Source of the DNA: Candidatus Pacearchaeota archaeon
GTDB taxonomy: Archaea > Nanobdellota > Nanobdellia > Pacearchaeales > GW2011-AR1
Reading direction: 5' to 3'
Assembly: GCA_018303825.1 (NCBI GenBank)
Contig: JAGVXK010000022.1
Location: 1-52,616, forward strand
DNA: 52,616 nucleotides
The notes below the pieces were generated by a model that was not told the DNA's origin, searched no databases, and was given only the letters and a program-made list of their open reading frames with translations. Made by a program: the position numbers and the translations under genes. Below, piece after piece: positions 35,986 to 44,528 of the stretch (its first letter is position 1; the number at the start of each line of letters is the position of its first letter).

Positions 35986-36237
35986 ATGTCAAGGCAATAT
36001 AAATGCCCAATCAGCGTTGATTTAATGAGAATAGCTGGAATGCGAGAAGAACTTGAGAGATACAATCTTTCCGATTTGTATGATATTAGGAGAAGTGCAT
36101 CTCCAACTGCTACAGAGGATTTAAACAGTTTTAGAAGAAGATGGCATCCAGAGCAAAGAAATGCCACATTAGTCATAAAGCAAACAACTGAAGAGGCAGA
36201 GAGATATTTGCAGGAAACAAAAGCAAAGAGATTCTAA
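35986..36237 (+). CDS. Hypothetical protein
   Basis: ATG ORF filling the gap between DUF106 and the Nudix gene. Confidence 0.5.
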   Translation: MSRQYKCPISVDLMRIAGMREELERYNLSDLYDIRRSASPTATEDLNSFRRRWHPEQRNATLVIKQTTEEAERYLQETKAKRF

Positions 36238-36247
36238 TTAATAAAAT

Positions 36248-36721
36248 ATGGGAATAATGGACAAATATTTCAAAATAATTTCTTCTTGCTGTTATATAAA
36301 AGAAGGAGATAGAATTTTAATGCTTCGCAGAAATAAAAAAGAGGCAAATAAAACATTTTACAGAGGACTTGGAGGCAAAGCCGAGCAGGGAGAGAATCCA
36401 ATAGACTGCATAAAAAGAGAAGTTATGGAAGAAGCCGGGATAAACATAACCCCTATCTGGAAGGGAATTTTAACTTTATCATCTCCCGGAAAAAAGGACT
36501 GGGAAGCACACTTATTTATTTCAGATGGTTACACTGGAAAACTTACTAATTGCAATGAAGGAGAGCTTAGTTGGGTTAAGAAGTCTGATTTGCTAAATTT
36601 AGAGATGCCTCAAGCAGACAAAGAGCTTCTTCCCATAGTTTTTTCAGATAGGAATTTTATTACACATGCCAATTACGACCAGGAAAAGAACCTCACTGAC
36701 TTAAGAATCAATAAAATTTAA
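36248..36721 (+). CDS. Nudix hydrolase (MutT/MTH1-like)
   Basis: Nudix box GGKAEQGENPIDCIKREVMEEAG. Confidence 0.9.
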   Translation: MGIMDKYFKIISSCCYIKEGDRILMLRRNKKEANKTFYRGLGGKAEQGENPIDCIKREVMEEAGINITPIWKGILTLSSPGKKDWEAHLFISDGYTGKLTNCNEGELSWVKKSDLLNLEMPQADKELLPIVFSDRNFITHANYDQEKNLTDLRINKI

Positions 36722-36809
36722 CCATCAACTATAGTTTAGTAAAGCTTAAATAGCTTTGATTTTATCCATAAATAATTAAAAAGTATTGATTAATTATTAT
36801 TTTAATAAA

Positions 36810-37535
36810 ATGGATGTTCCAACAGAAATGCAGCACCAGGCAATGGGCTATGACCGAGCAGCGACAATGTTCTCTCCGGATGGGCATCTTCTTCAGGTAG
36901 AATATGCGGAGAAAACAGTTCGTTTAGGGAGCGCTTCAATTGGATTGGTATGCAAAGATGGAGTTTTAATTGTAGCTGACAGAAGAGTAAGAGATAAATT
37001 AATAGTCGCAAGCTCGGCAAATAAAGTTTATGAAGTAGATGAAAACGTGATGGCCAGCGCCGCAGGAATTCTCGCAGATATAAGAATTTTAATTGACCAG
37101 GCTCAAGTGCTAGCGCAGCAGCATAGGGTTACTTACGGCGGTTCAATAGAGCCAATTTCTATAATGAGAATGATTGCGGATAAAAAACAGATGTTCACTC
37201 AATATGGCGGAGCTCGCCCCTTTGCAGTCGCCTTATTAATTGCCGGAGTAAGCAAAGGCAAGGGATATCTTTACACATCAGATGTTACAGGAAATTTCTA
37301 TGCCTATCATGCAAACGCCATTGGAGAAAACGATGAAAAGATAAAAGAAATGCTGAGAAAAGATTACAATGATAATATGTCTATCGAAGAGGGGATAAAG
37401 TTTACATTAAAAATATTTAGGGAAGTTCTGGAGAAGAACTTTGAATTAGAAAGATTCGATGTGGGCTACACAACAAATAAGGATGAAAAACTTGTTCGTT
37501 TGCATGGCGAAGATTTAAAGAAATTCGTTAAATAA
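36810..37535 (+). CDS. psmA: Proteasome alpha subunit
   Basis: GYDRAATMFSPDGHLLQVEYA, TQYGGARPF; start ATG 36810. Confidence 0.97.
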   Translation: MDVPTEMQHQAMGYDRAATMFSPDGHLLQVEYAEKTVRLGSASIGLVCKDGVLIVADRRVRDKLIVASSANKVYEVDENVMASAAGILADIRILIDQAQVLAQQHRVTYGGSIEPISIMRMIADKKQMFTQYGGARPFAVALLIAGVSKGKGYLYTSDVTGNFYAYHANAIGENDEKIKEMLRKDYNDNMSIEEGIKFTLKIFREVLEKNFELERFDVGYTTNKDEKLVRLHGEDLKKFVK

Positions 37536-37697
37536 ATTACGTAATTATATTTAATCCCACATATTATATGTCAATTATTAATAATTATATTTAATCTCTT
37601 AAATAGGTTCATATAGATTATTAATTACTCAACATAATCATTAAAGTTATTTGTATATTAGCATAATATTTATAAGCTCTTTATCATTTCAGTTAAA

Positions 37698-38372
37698 ATG
37701 CCAAAAGTAACTGCAAGAATAAAAGCAAAGGGAAAGCATTACGAGATAAGTGTTGATTTAGATGAAGCCTTGAAAGTCAGGCAAGGCAAGGGAGATGTTA
37801 GGATTGCTGTTGATGTCCCCAAAATATTTTCAGATACTAGAAAAGGCACGGCTGTCTCGAATGCAGATCTTATGGATGCTTTCGGAACAATAGACCCATA
37901 CCAAGTAGCAACAATAATAATCACAAAAGGAGAAGTGCAGAAAACACAGGAATTCCGAGATACTGAAAAAGAGAATAAAGTAAAACAATTAATTCAATTG
38001 ATTATCAAGAATGCAGTTGACCAAAATGGAAGACCATACACAGAAGATAGGATAAAAAGGGCAATTGAAGAAGTTCATTATAGTATTGACAATCGTCCTG
38101 CTGAACAGCAGGTAGTTCCTTTGGTAGATGCATTAAAAGTTGCAATTCCAATAAAACTTGAAGTGAAGAGAATAAAGTTAATTATTCCAGCGCAATATAC
38201 CGGAAATGTTTATGGTTTGTTAAAAGATTACAAAGAAGATGAAGAATGGCTCGGAAATGGAAGTCTTCAATGTGTTTTGGCAATTCCTGCAGGCATGACT
38301 ATAGATTTCTTTGACAAGCTTAACAATATTACCCATGGCACAGTCCAGAGCCAGGAGCTTCCTTCTGTCTAA
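37698..38372 (+). CDS. sdo1: Ribosome maturation factor SBDS/Sdo1
   Basis: ARIKAKGKHYEI, IFSDTRKG, LMDAFGT, AIPIK; conserved position before rrp4. Confidence 0.93.
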   Translation: MPKVTARIKAKGKHYEISVDLDEALKVRQGKGDVRIAVDVPKIFSDTRKGTAVSNADLMDAFGTIDPYQVATIIITKGEVQKTQEFRDTEKENKVKQLIQLIIKNAVDQNGRPYTEDRIKRAIEEVHYSIDNRPAEQQVVPLVDALKVAIPIKLEVKRIKLIIPAQYTGNVYGLLKDYKEDEEWLGNGSLQCVLAIPAGMTIDFFDKLNNITHGTVQSQELPSV

Positions 38373-38412
38373 TCATCAATAATCTTATTAACTTCTCAAT
38401 ATTTGAGAAATC

Positions 38413-38694
38413 ATGGCAGAGTTATCTTTCAAAAAAATATTTATTCCATTGGATGTTGAAAAAGAGGCAATAGTAAAGGCAGGAGACAGGGTATTTCCTC
38501 ACGGAAAATTAAATTATATCGAAAGGGAAGAGGGAGTTATTCCAAAAGAATTTAGGAAAAAAGCAATATTCTTCTTTTCTGACTTAGAGGAACTTGTCAA
38601 AACTTCTAATGGAAAAGTAATTGAAGGGGAAATTTATTCAAATGGAGAAACCAAAACAAATGTAATTCCTTATGATATCTGGAAGAATAAATAA
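38413..38694 (+). CDS. Hypothetical protein between sdo1 and rrp4
   Basis: 93-aa ATG ORF on the operon strand. Confidence 0.55.
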   Translation: MAELSFKKIFIPLDVEKEAIVKAGDRVFPHGKLNYIEREEGVIPKEFRKKAIFFFSDLEELVKTSNGKVIEGEIYSNGETKTNVIPYDIWKNK

Positions 38695-38831
38695 ATATTA
38701 TTTCAAGATATCTATATATCTTAAAATCCGAAAATCCGCAAGATTTATAAACCATAAAAAATAGACAGTTTTGTAAAAGGAAAATACAGGCAGAAAATTA
38801 CGATTATTTTTGTCTGATTTTTGTAGAAATT

Positions 38832-39563
38832 ATGAAAAAAAGCATTAAGGAAGAACAAGAAGAAAATTCTGAGTTTAATCGAGAACCCTCGGATTCCGAG
38901 AGTGTAAAGAGAGTAGTTGTGGTTCCCGGAGAGACAATTGTTTCTGGAGAAGACTATCTTCCCGGAGAAGGAACAAGAAGAATAAATGAAGATGTAGTCG
39001 CTTCGAGATATGGTCTTGCCGAAATTGCTGGTAGAGTAATAAAGGTTATCTCGCTATTTGGAGCATTCATCCCAAGAAGAGGCAATGTTGTTATTGGCCG
39101 TGTTTCAGATATTACTTTCCGAGGCTGGAATGTTGATATTGACTCTGCTTCTGCTGGATTTTTGCCAATAGAAGAGTCTCCAAGATTTATAAATAAAGAT
39201 GAAATGGATCAATTTCTAGCAATTGGGGAGGTAGTTGCCGCAAAAATATGGAATGTTAATGCAAGAGGAATAGATCTTTCGTTCAAAGGAAAAGGCCTTG
39301 GTAAGCTGGAAGGCGGTTTCATATTCAGAGTGATTCCTTCAAGAGTTCCAAGAATAATAGGAAGAGAAGGTTCAATGGTCAATTTAATAAAAGATAAAAC
39401 TGGCTGCAATGTTACAATAGGGCAGAATGGCTGGATTTGGATAAGAGGATCCAGCATTAGTGAAGAAATAAGAGCAAGAAAAGCAATAGAATATGTTGCT
39501 GAGCAGGTTTTCATTGATGGTTTAACAGAGAAAATGGAGGAATGGTTTGATAAAAACAAATAA
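38832..39563 (+). CDS. rrp4: Exosome RNA-binding subunit Rrp4
   Basis: VVVPGE, YLPGEGT, FIPRRGNVVIG, KH motif VPRIIGREGSM, GQNGWIWI. Confidence 0.96.
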   Translation: MKKSIKEEQEENSEFNREPSDSESVKRVVVVPGETIVSGEDYLPGEGTRRINEDVVASRYGLAEIAGRVIKVISLFGAFIPRRGNVVIGRVSDITFRGWNVDIDSASAGFLPIEESPRFINKDEMDQFLAIGEVVAAKIWNVNARGIDLSFKGKGLGKLEGGFIFRVIPSRVPRIIGREGSMVNLIKDKTGCNVTIGQNGWIWIRGSSISEEIRARKAIEYVAEQVFIDGLTEKMEEWFDKNK

Positions 39564-39569
39564 AATAAA

Positions 39570-40277
39570 ATGACAAAATCAAGTTTTAAAAGAATAGATG
39601 GAAGAAAAAGCAATGAATTGAGGCCAATCACTGCTAAGGTAGGAATAATTCCTAATGCAGATGGCTCTGCGCTTTTCGCATTTGGAAATACAATTGCAAT
39701 AGCTGCGGTTTACGGACCAAGACAGTTACATCCACAGCACAAGCAAAATCCGACAAAAGCATTTCTAAGATGCAATTATGATTTAATGAGCTTCTCAGTT
39801 TCAGAAAGAAAGAAGCCTGGACCAAACAGAAGAGCCCAGGAAATTTCTAAGGTAACTGAATGGGCATTAGCTCCTGTTCTCGACTTAGATAGCTTTCCTG
39901 GAACAGTCATAGATGTTCAGATTTATATTCTACAAGCAGATGCTGGAACAAGAACAGCAGGAATAAATGCTGCTTCAATGGCTCTTGCACATGCCGGAAT
40001 TCCAATGAAAGACTTAGTCTGTTCTGTTGCAGCAGGAAAACAAGATAAAGAATTGATAGTTGACTTAACAAAAGAGGAAGAAGACTTCAAAGAGGGAGAA
40101 GGAGCAACAGATTTTGCAATTGCAAAGGTTGCGAACTCGGATGAATACACTTTATTACAATTAGATGGAAAAATCCAACCAAATATAGTGTCAGATGTTT
40201 TGGAATTGGTAAATGGTGCATGCAAGGAAATTTATGAAGCGCAAAAGAAAGCATTAAAGGAGGTTGTGAAAAAATAA
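39570..40277 (+). CDS. rrp41: Exosome subunit Rrp41
   Basis: RIDGRKSNELRP, NADGSA, ADAGTRTAGINAAS. Confidence 0.97.
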   Translation: MTKSSFKRIDGRKSNELRPITAKVGIIPNADGSALFAFGNTIAIAAVYGPRQLHPQHKQNPTKAFLRCNYDLMSFSVSERKKPGPNRRAQEISKVTEWALAPVLDLDSFPGTVIDVQIYILQADAGTRTAGINAASMALAHAGIPMKDLVCSVAAGKQDKELIVDLTKEEEDFKEGEGATDFAIAKVANSDEYTLLQLDGKIQPNIVSDVLELVNGACKEIYEAQKKALKEVVKK

Positions 40278-40292
40278 GAACCTTGGTTCTTA
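40275..40292. repeat. 18-bp inverted repeat, copy 2
   Basis: TAAGAACC-TT-GGTTCTTA beginning at the rrp41 stop codon; extends to 20 bp with flanking A/T. Confidence 0.9.
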
Positions 40293-40309
40293 TGAATTCC
40301 TAAAATACT

Positions 40310-41122
40310 ATGGCAATGGAAATAACAAACCTATCAAAAGATAATCTCAAAAAGATGTTCAAAGAAGGAAAGAGATTTGATGGCAGAAGTCTATTAGATT
40401 TTAGAGAAATAGAAATTTCATCTAATGTTTCAAATAAGGCAGAAGGAAGTGCGAGGGTTAAATTAGGAAAAACAGAAGTAGTTGTCGGAATCAAGCTAGG
40501 TGTTGGAGAGCCCTACCCTGATTCACCTGATAAAGGGAATCTCACTGTTTCAGCCGATTTGCTTCCATTAGCTTCGCCAAGATTCGAGCTAGGTCCGCCT
40601 GATTTTCCAGCGATAGAGTTGCCAAGATTAGTAGATAGATTAATAAGACATTCAGATATAATCGATTTAGGCAAACTTGTAATAAAAGAAGGCGAAAAAG
40701 TATGGACTGTCTATATAGATGTATATCCAATTAATGATGATGGCGGGTTAATAGATGCTTCAGCCATAGGAGCATTAGTTGCGCTGAGAGGAGCAATTAT
40801 TCCAGAACTAGATGAAAATGGAAAGGTAGATTATGATAAGAAGAGTAAAAAGAAATTCCCATTAAATGAAGACTCAATCCCGATTTCACTTAGCTTCTTT
40901 AAACTGGGGGATTCAATAATTTTAGATCCAACAAGAGAGGAAGAAGAGGCATGCGACGCCAGGATAACATATGGAATATCAAAAGTTGGAAAGGAATATA
41001 TGATCAATTCTTGCCAAAAGAATGGAGAAATAATTCTTACCACAGAAGAAATAAATCACATGATGAAAGCAATTCCTGAAAAGTATGATAGTATAATGGG
41101 AAAACTTAAAAAGTACATATAA
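40310..41122 (+). CDS. rrp42: Exosome subunit Rrp42
   Basis: RFDGR, KAEGSARVKLGKT, PYPDSPDKG, ELPRLVDR. Confidence 0.96.
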   Translation: MAMEITNLSKDNLKKMFKEGKRFDGRSLLDFREIEISSNVSNKAEGSARVKLGKTEVVVGIKLGVGEPYPDSPDKGNLTVSADLLPLASPRFELGPPDFPAIELPRLVDRLIRHSDIIDLGKLVIKEGEKVWTVYIDVYPINDDGGLIDASAIGALVALRGAIIPELDENGKVDYDKKSKKKFPLNEDSIPISLSFFKLGDSIILDPTREEEEACDARITYGISKVGKEYMINSCQKNGEIILTTEEINHMMKAIPEKYDSIMGKLKKYI

Positions 41123-41133
41123 AATACATTAAT

Positions 41134-41523
41134 ATGGCACAAGAAAAAATAGAAAAATTCACAAGATATGAAACGGCCAGAATTATAGGGGCAAGAGCAT
41201 TGCAGATAGCAATGGACGCGCCAGTGATATTGAAAATTTCTGAGCAGAAATTGAAGGAATTAAGATACGATTCTTTGAAAATAGCAGAATTGGAATTTAA
41301 TGAAGGTGTTCTTCCAATTTCAGTAGATAGACCGACTCCGAGAAAGCACAAAGAAAAATTAACAGTCATAAAAGAAGAGAAAGTTTCAGACGAAGAAATT
41401 GCCGCAAAGGAGCATGAGATAGAAAAGGAAATAACAGAAAATGCCGAGCAACTAGGATTAATAGCAGGCGATGAAGTTGAAGACTTCACTGACGCAGAAC
41501 CAGTCTACAAAGACGAGCAGTAA
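41134..41523 (+). CDS. rpoK: RNA polymerase subunit Rpo6 (K/omega) with acidic C-terminal extension
   Basis: TRYETARIIGARALQIAMDAP. Confidence 0.95.
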   Translation: MAQEKIEKFTRYETARIIGARALQIAMDAPVILKISEQKLKELRYDSLKIAELEFNEGVLPISVDRPTPRKHKEKLTVIKEEKVSDEEIAAKEHEIEKEITENAEQLGLIAGDEVEDFTDAEPVYKDEQ

Positions 41524-41588
41524 TTATTTTATTCTATTTTGATTGAAGTTATAAATAGTTATATAAACTATAATTAAATAACAAGATT

Positions 41589-41702
41589 ATGGATTTCAGA
41601 TTAACATTAATAAAGACAATCTTGACTGTGGCAGTAAGCGTAATTTTAGGGTTAATTCTTGCAGTAAAAACGACAGGTTTTGCTAAAATGTCTCGTTCAT
41701 AA
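41589..41702 (+). CDS. Putative 37-aa single-TM peptide
   Basis: MDFRLTLIKTILTVAVSVILGLILAVKTTGFAKMSRS*; TATA-like TTATAAAT/TTATATAA upstream. Confidence 0.35.
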   Translation: MDFRLTLIKTILTVAVSVILGLILAVKTTGFAKMSRS

Positions 41703-41786
41703 CATCACTTGTCTAGTGGAAGAAATATTTGAATCTAAGATAAAGGTAGATTTTTATAATTGCAATAAGAGGTATAAGGAGACAAA

Positions 41787-42032
41787 ATGAAAACTAAAGA
41801 TTGGTTAAAAGAAGCTGATGCAATAGTAATAGAATGCGAGGAAGAAGAGATAACGCCATACACTTTGGTCCTCGTTAGCCCATTTAACACGAAAACACAA
41901 GAACATCTTGTAAATGTAAGAAGGGAGATGTTATTAAATGAGGCTTTAAATATACCAAAAAGGCAAATAGCAAAAGGTCAAAAGTTAATAGATTATCTTA
42001 GTTCAAGAATTGGTAAGAAAATATTTGATTGA
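41787..42032 (+). CDS. Hypothetical protein
   Basis: ATG preceded by GGAG; TATA-like TTTTATAA upstream. Confidence 0.55.
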   Translation: MKTKDWLKEADAIVIECEEEEITPYTLVLVSPFNTKTQEHLVNVRREMLLNEALNIPKRQIAKGQKLIDYLSSRIGKKIFD

Positions 42033-42159
42033 TTTTGTGACAAACGGTCCTGCTGCACATAAATGAAACTAGAAAATGTGCAAGGCTTAGTTTATAACTA
42101 CTTTAGCAAGTAACATTTTACCTACATCATTTAAATATCCTTAATTTAGTTCATAGTTT

Positions 42160-42658
42160 ATGAATTTAAGAACTCTAATAGCTCCTCTGGCAGTCACTGC
42201 GGCACTAGGCTTATCAGCATGTGCAGCACCAAGACAGTATGTTCATTTTAAATCTGACAATTTAAATGGACGCAGGGTAGTTTATGATGAAAGAGATGAG
42301 TAATGATGAAAGAGAGGAGTACATGGCTCTGTCTGATGTTAGCGATAGTAGCCAAGAGATAACATTATTAGCGAACAAACATTACCCATCAGTTGTTTCT
42401 CCAAACTATGGTCAAAAGGTTAGAGTATGCAGGGTTGCTTTTCACAAAGATGCAGATACACCAAAAGGGAGTGTGATTTGGTATGATTCAAGAGAGAACG
42501 GAATTAGAGTAAATGGGCGAGCCAAAGAAAGCAAATGGTATGGCAATGAGGATAATATTCTAAAACAGGACATTCTTGATTGGGGCGGAAAATTGTATCT
42601 AGAAGTAAAAAAACAAATCAAGCAGGAATTAAACAAGACACAAACTCCTAAGAAATAA
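42160..42658 (+). pseudogene. Lipoprotein gene frameshifted by a 19-bp tandem duplication; paralog of 42664-43230
   Basis: 42160-42303 encodes MNLRT...LGLSACAAPRQYVHF...YDERDE*. Deleting one 19-bp unit joins it in frame to 42284-42658 and gives continuous similarity to the downstream ORF. Confidence 0.8.
42284..42321 (+). repeat. 19-bp tandem duplication
   Basis: ATGATGAAAGAGATGAGTA followed by ATGATGAAAGAGAGGAGTA (1 mismatch). Confidence 0.9.
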
Positions 42659-42663
42659 GTAAA

Positions 42664-43230
42664 ATGGCAAAAATAAAAAACTTATTAACAACTCTTACAG
42701 CTACAGCAGTTTTGGGATTATCTGCATGCGCAACAAGACCTTACGTTTATTTCCCAGAACAAGATGTTGGTGGCCAAAAAGTTACATATAGTGAAAAGCC
42801 TCGCTGGATGGTTATAAGTAATATCGGGAAAACTAATAGATTTATGGAATTAACAACTGCTGGCGACTATCCCTCTGTTCTTTCTTCAGATTACGATAAA
42901 CCTGTCAAGTTATCCAGCGTCAGAATATGGCAGAACGGGGGATTTATTGAATATAATGCTAATGGGAGAGCAGTTATTAATGGCATCGGCAATCTTAAAC
43001 TTGCTAATGATTTATTTGACCCTGAACCGCCAAGATTGGTAATGGACAAGCTGGATGATGACAGCCTTCTGGTATTCAAGCTGGATCGCGAAGGGAAACT
43101 CTATCTCAACGAAGCGAAAGAATTTATCAAAAGGGCAGAGGATTTGTTCCTAGAAAAGAAAAAAGAAATTAGAAAAATTTATGACTCAAGGCTTAACGAA
43201 AAAGTGGACAATTATTTTCCCAAAAAGTAA
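42664..43230 (+). CDS. Putative lipoprotein
   Basis: Signal peptide with lipobox-like LGLSA|C. Confidence 0.75.
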   Translation: MAKIKNLLTTLTATAVLGLSACATRPYVYFPEQDVGGQKVTYSEKPRWMVISNIGKTNRFMELTTAGDYPSVLSSDYDKPVKLSSVRIWQNGGFIEYNANGRAVINGIGNLKLANDLFDPEPPRLVMDKLDDDSLLVFKLDREGKLYLNEAKEFIKRAEDLFLEKKKEIRKIYDSRLNEKVDNYFPKK

Positions 43231-43281
43231 CTTCCTTTTTCCTAACCCAATATTTATTAACTATTCTTATCAACTATATTC

Positions 43282-44451
43282 ATGCAAATAAAAGAGGTTT
43301 CTGCAAGAAAAATCAAGGATTCCAGAGATGAATGGACAATTGAGGTTTCAGTTAATGGTTGCAAGGCATCCTCGCCCTCTGGAACTTCAACGGGGAAATA
43401 TGAAACTCCAAGCTATTTCAAGTCTCTTGATAATAATATAAAATTAATAAATAATTTCAAAGAACTCAAGACATTGGAAATCAATTCTTTTTCCGATTTA
43501 TCCAAAGTCGAGAATCTTGTAAAAAAGAAATTTAAACTGAAAGATGCAAAGCAGTTTGGGGCAAATGCCCTTTTTGCCCTTGAATCTGCTGTTCTGAAGG
43601 CTCTTGCACGCGAGGAATGCAGAGAATTATGGGAAGTTATTAATCCAAGGGCTTACCATTTTCCAATTCCAGTAGGAAATGCAGTCGGTGGTGGCTTGCA
43701 CTCAAAGGAAAAGCACCATCCCGCATTCCAAGAATTTTTATTGATTCCAAAAGAAGCCTCATTCTGCGGAAATGTCATAGCCATGACTGAGATACAAAAA
43801 GCCATAGGTATAATATTGAATGGAAAAAGAAAGGACCAGGAAGGAGCCTGGGAAACTTCATTTTATGACGAACAAATCTTATCAATAATGGACAAATTCA
43901 AGAAAAAAGCTCATTTGGGAATAGATATAGCTGCATCAACCATATATGATAATGGTTATTATCATTATGGAAAGCTAAAATTCTCAATATCAAAGCAAAT
44001 TAAATATGTCAATCATTTAATTGATAGATATCATTTATTATATGTTGAAGACCCGCTTCAAGAAGAGGATTTTCAGGGATTTAAATCAATAAAGAAAAGC
44101 CATCTTATTGTTGGAGATGACCTTACTGCAACCAACATTGAAAGATTGAAAAAAGCCTTTTCAATGAATTCAATCAATGCAGTAATAATAAAACCTAATC
44201 AGAACGGTTCGTTATTAGACTTAAAGGAAATTTTTGAATTTTGCAAAAAGAAGGGCATTCACACAATAATGTCTCATCGCGCTGGAGAAACCCTTGACAC
44301 TTCATTAGCAGATTATGCTTTCGCCTTTCAAGCCGACTATATTAAATGCGGAATATCAACAAAATGGAGAAAAGTGAAATTAAAGAGACTGATTGAGATA
44401 GAAAAAGGTATTGCAGGCAAAATGTTTGAAAAAACCTCTATTTTAGATTAA
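43282..44451 (+). CDS. eno: Enolase
   Basis: DSR, PSGTSTG.YE, QEF, GIDIAAS, VEDP, VGDDL, IKPNQ, SHRAGET, IKCG. Confidence 0.95.
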   Translation: MQIKEVSARKIKDSRDEWTIEVSVNGCKASSPSGTSTGKYETPSYFKSLDNNIKLINNFKELKTLEINSFSDLSKVENLVKKKFKLKDAKQFGANALFALESAVLKALAREECRELWEVINPRAYHFPIPVGNAVGGGLHSKEKHHPAFQEFLLIPKEASFCGNVIAMTEIQKAIGIILNGKRKDQEGAWETSFYDEQILSIMDKFKKKAHLGIDIAASTIYDNGYYHYGKLKFSISKQIKYVNHLIDRYHLLYVEDPLQEEDFQGFKSIKKSHLIVGDDLTATNIERLKKAFSMNSINAVIIKPNQNGSLLDLKEIFEFCKKKGIHTIMSHRAGETLDTSLADYAFAFQADYIKCGISTKWRKVKLKRLIEIEKGIAGKMFEKTSILD

Positions 44452-44528
44452 AAGGTTCGTTTAAACGTTCAGGTAATATACAACATAGTCATAAAAATAT
44501 TTATATACCTATATTATATAGTAATGAC

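Noticed and set aside
37536-37697. Replication origin
   Set aside because: No adjacent cdc6/orc1 and no ORB-like G-string motifs; AT richness alone is insufficient.
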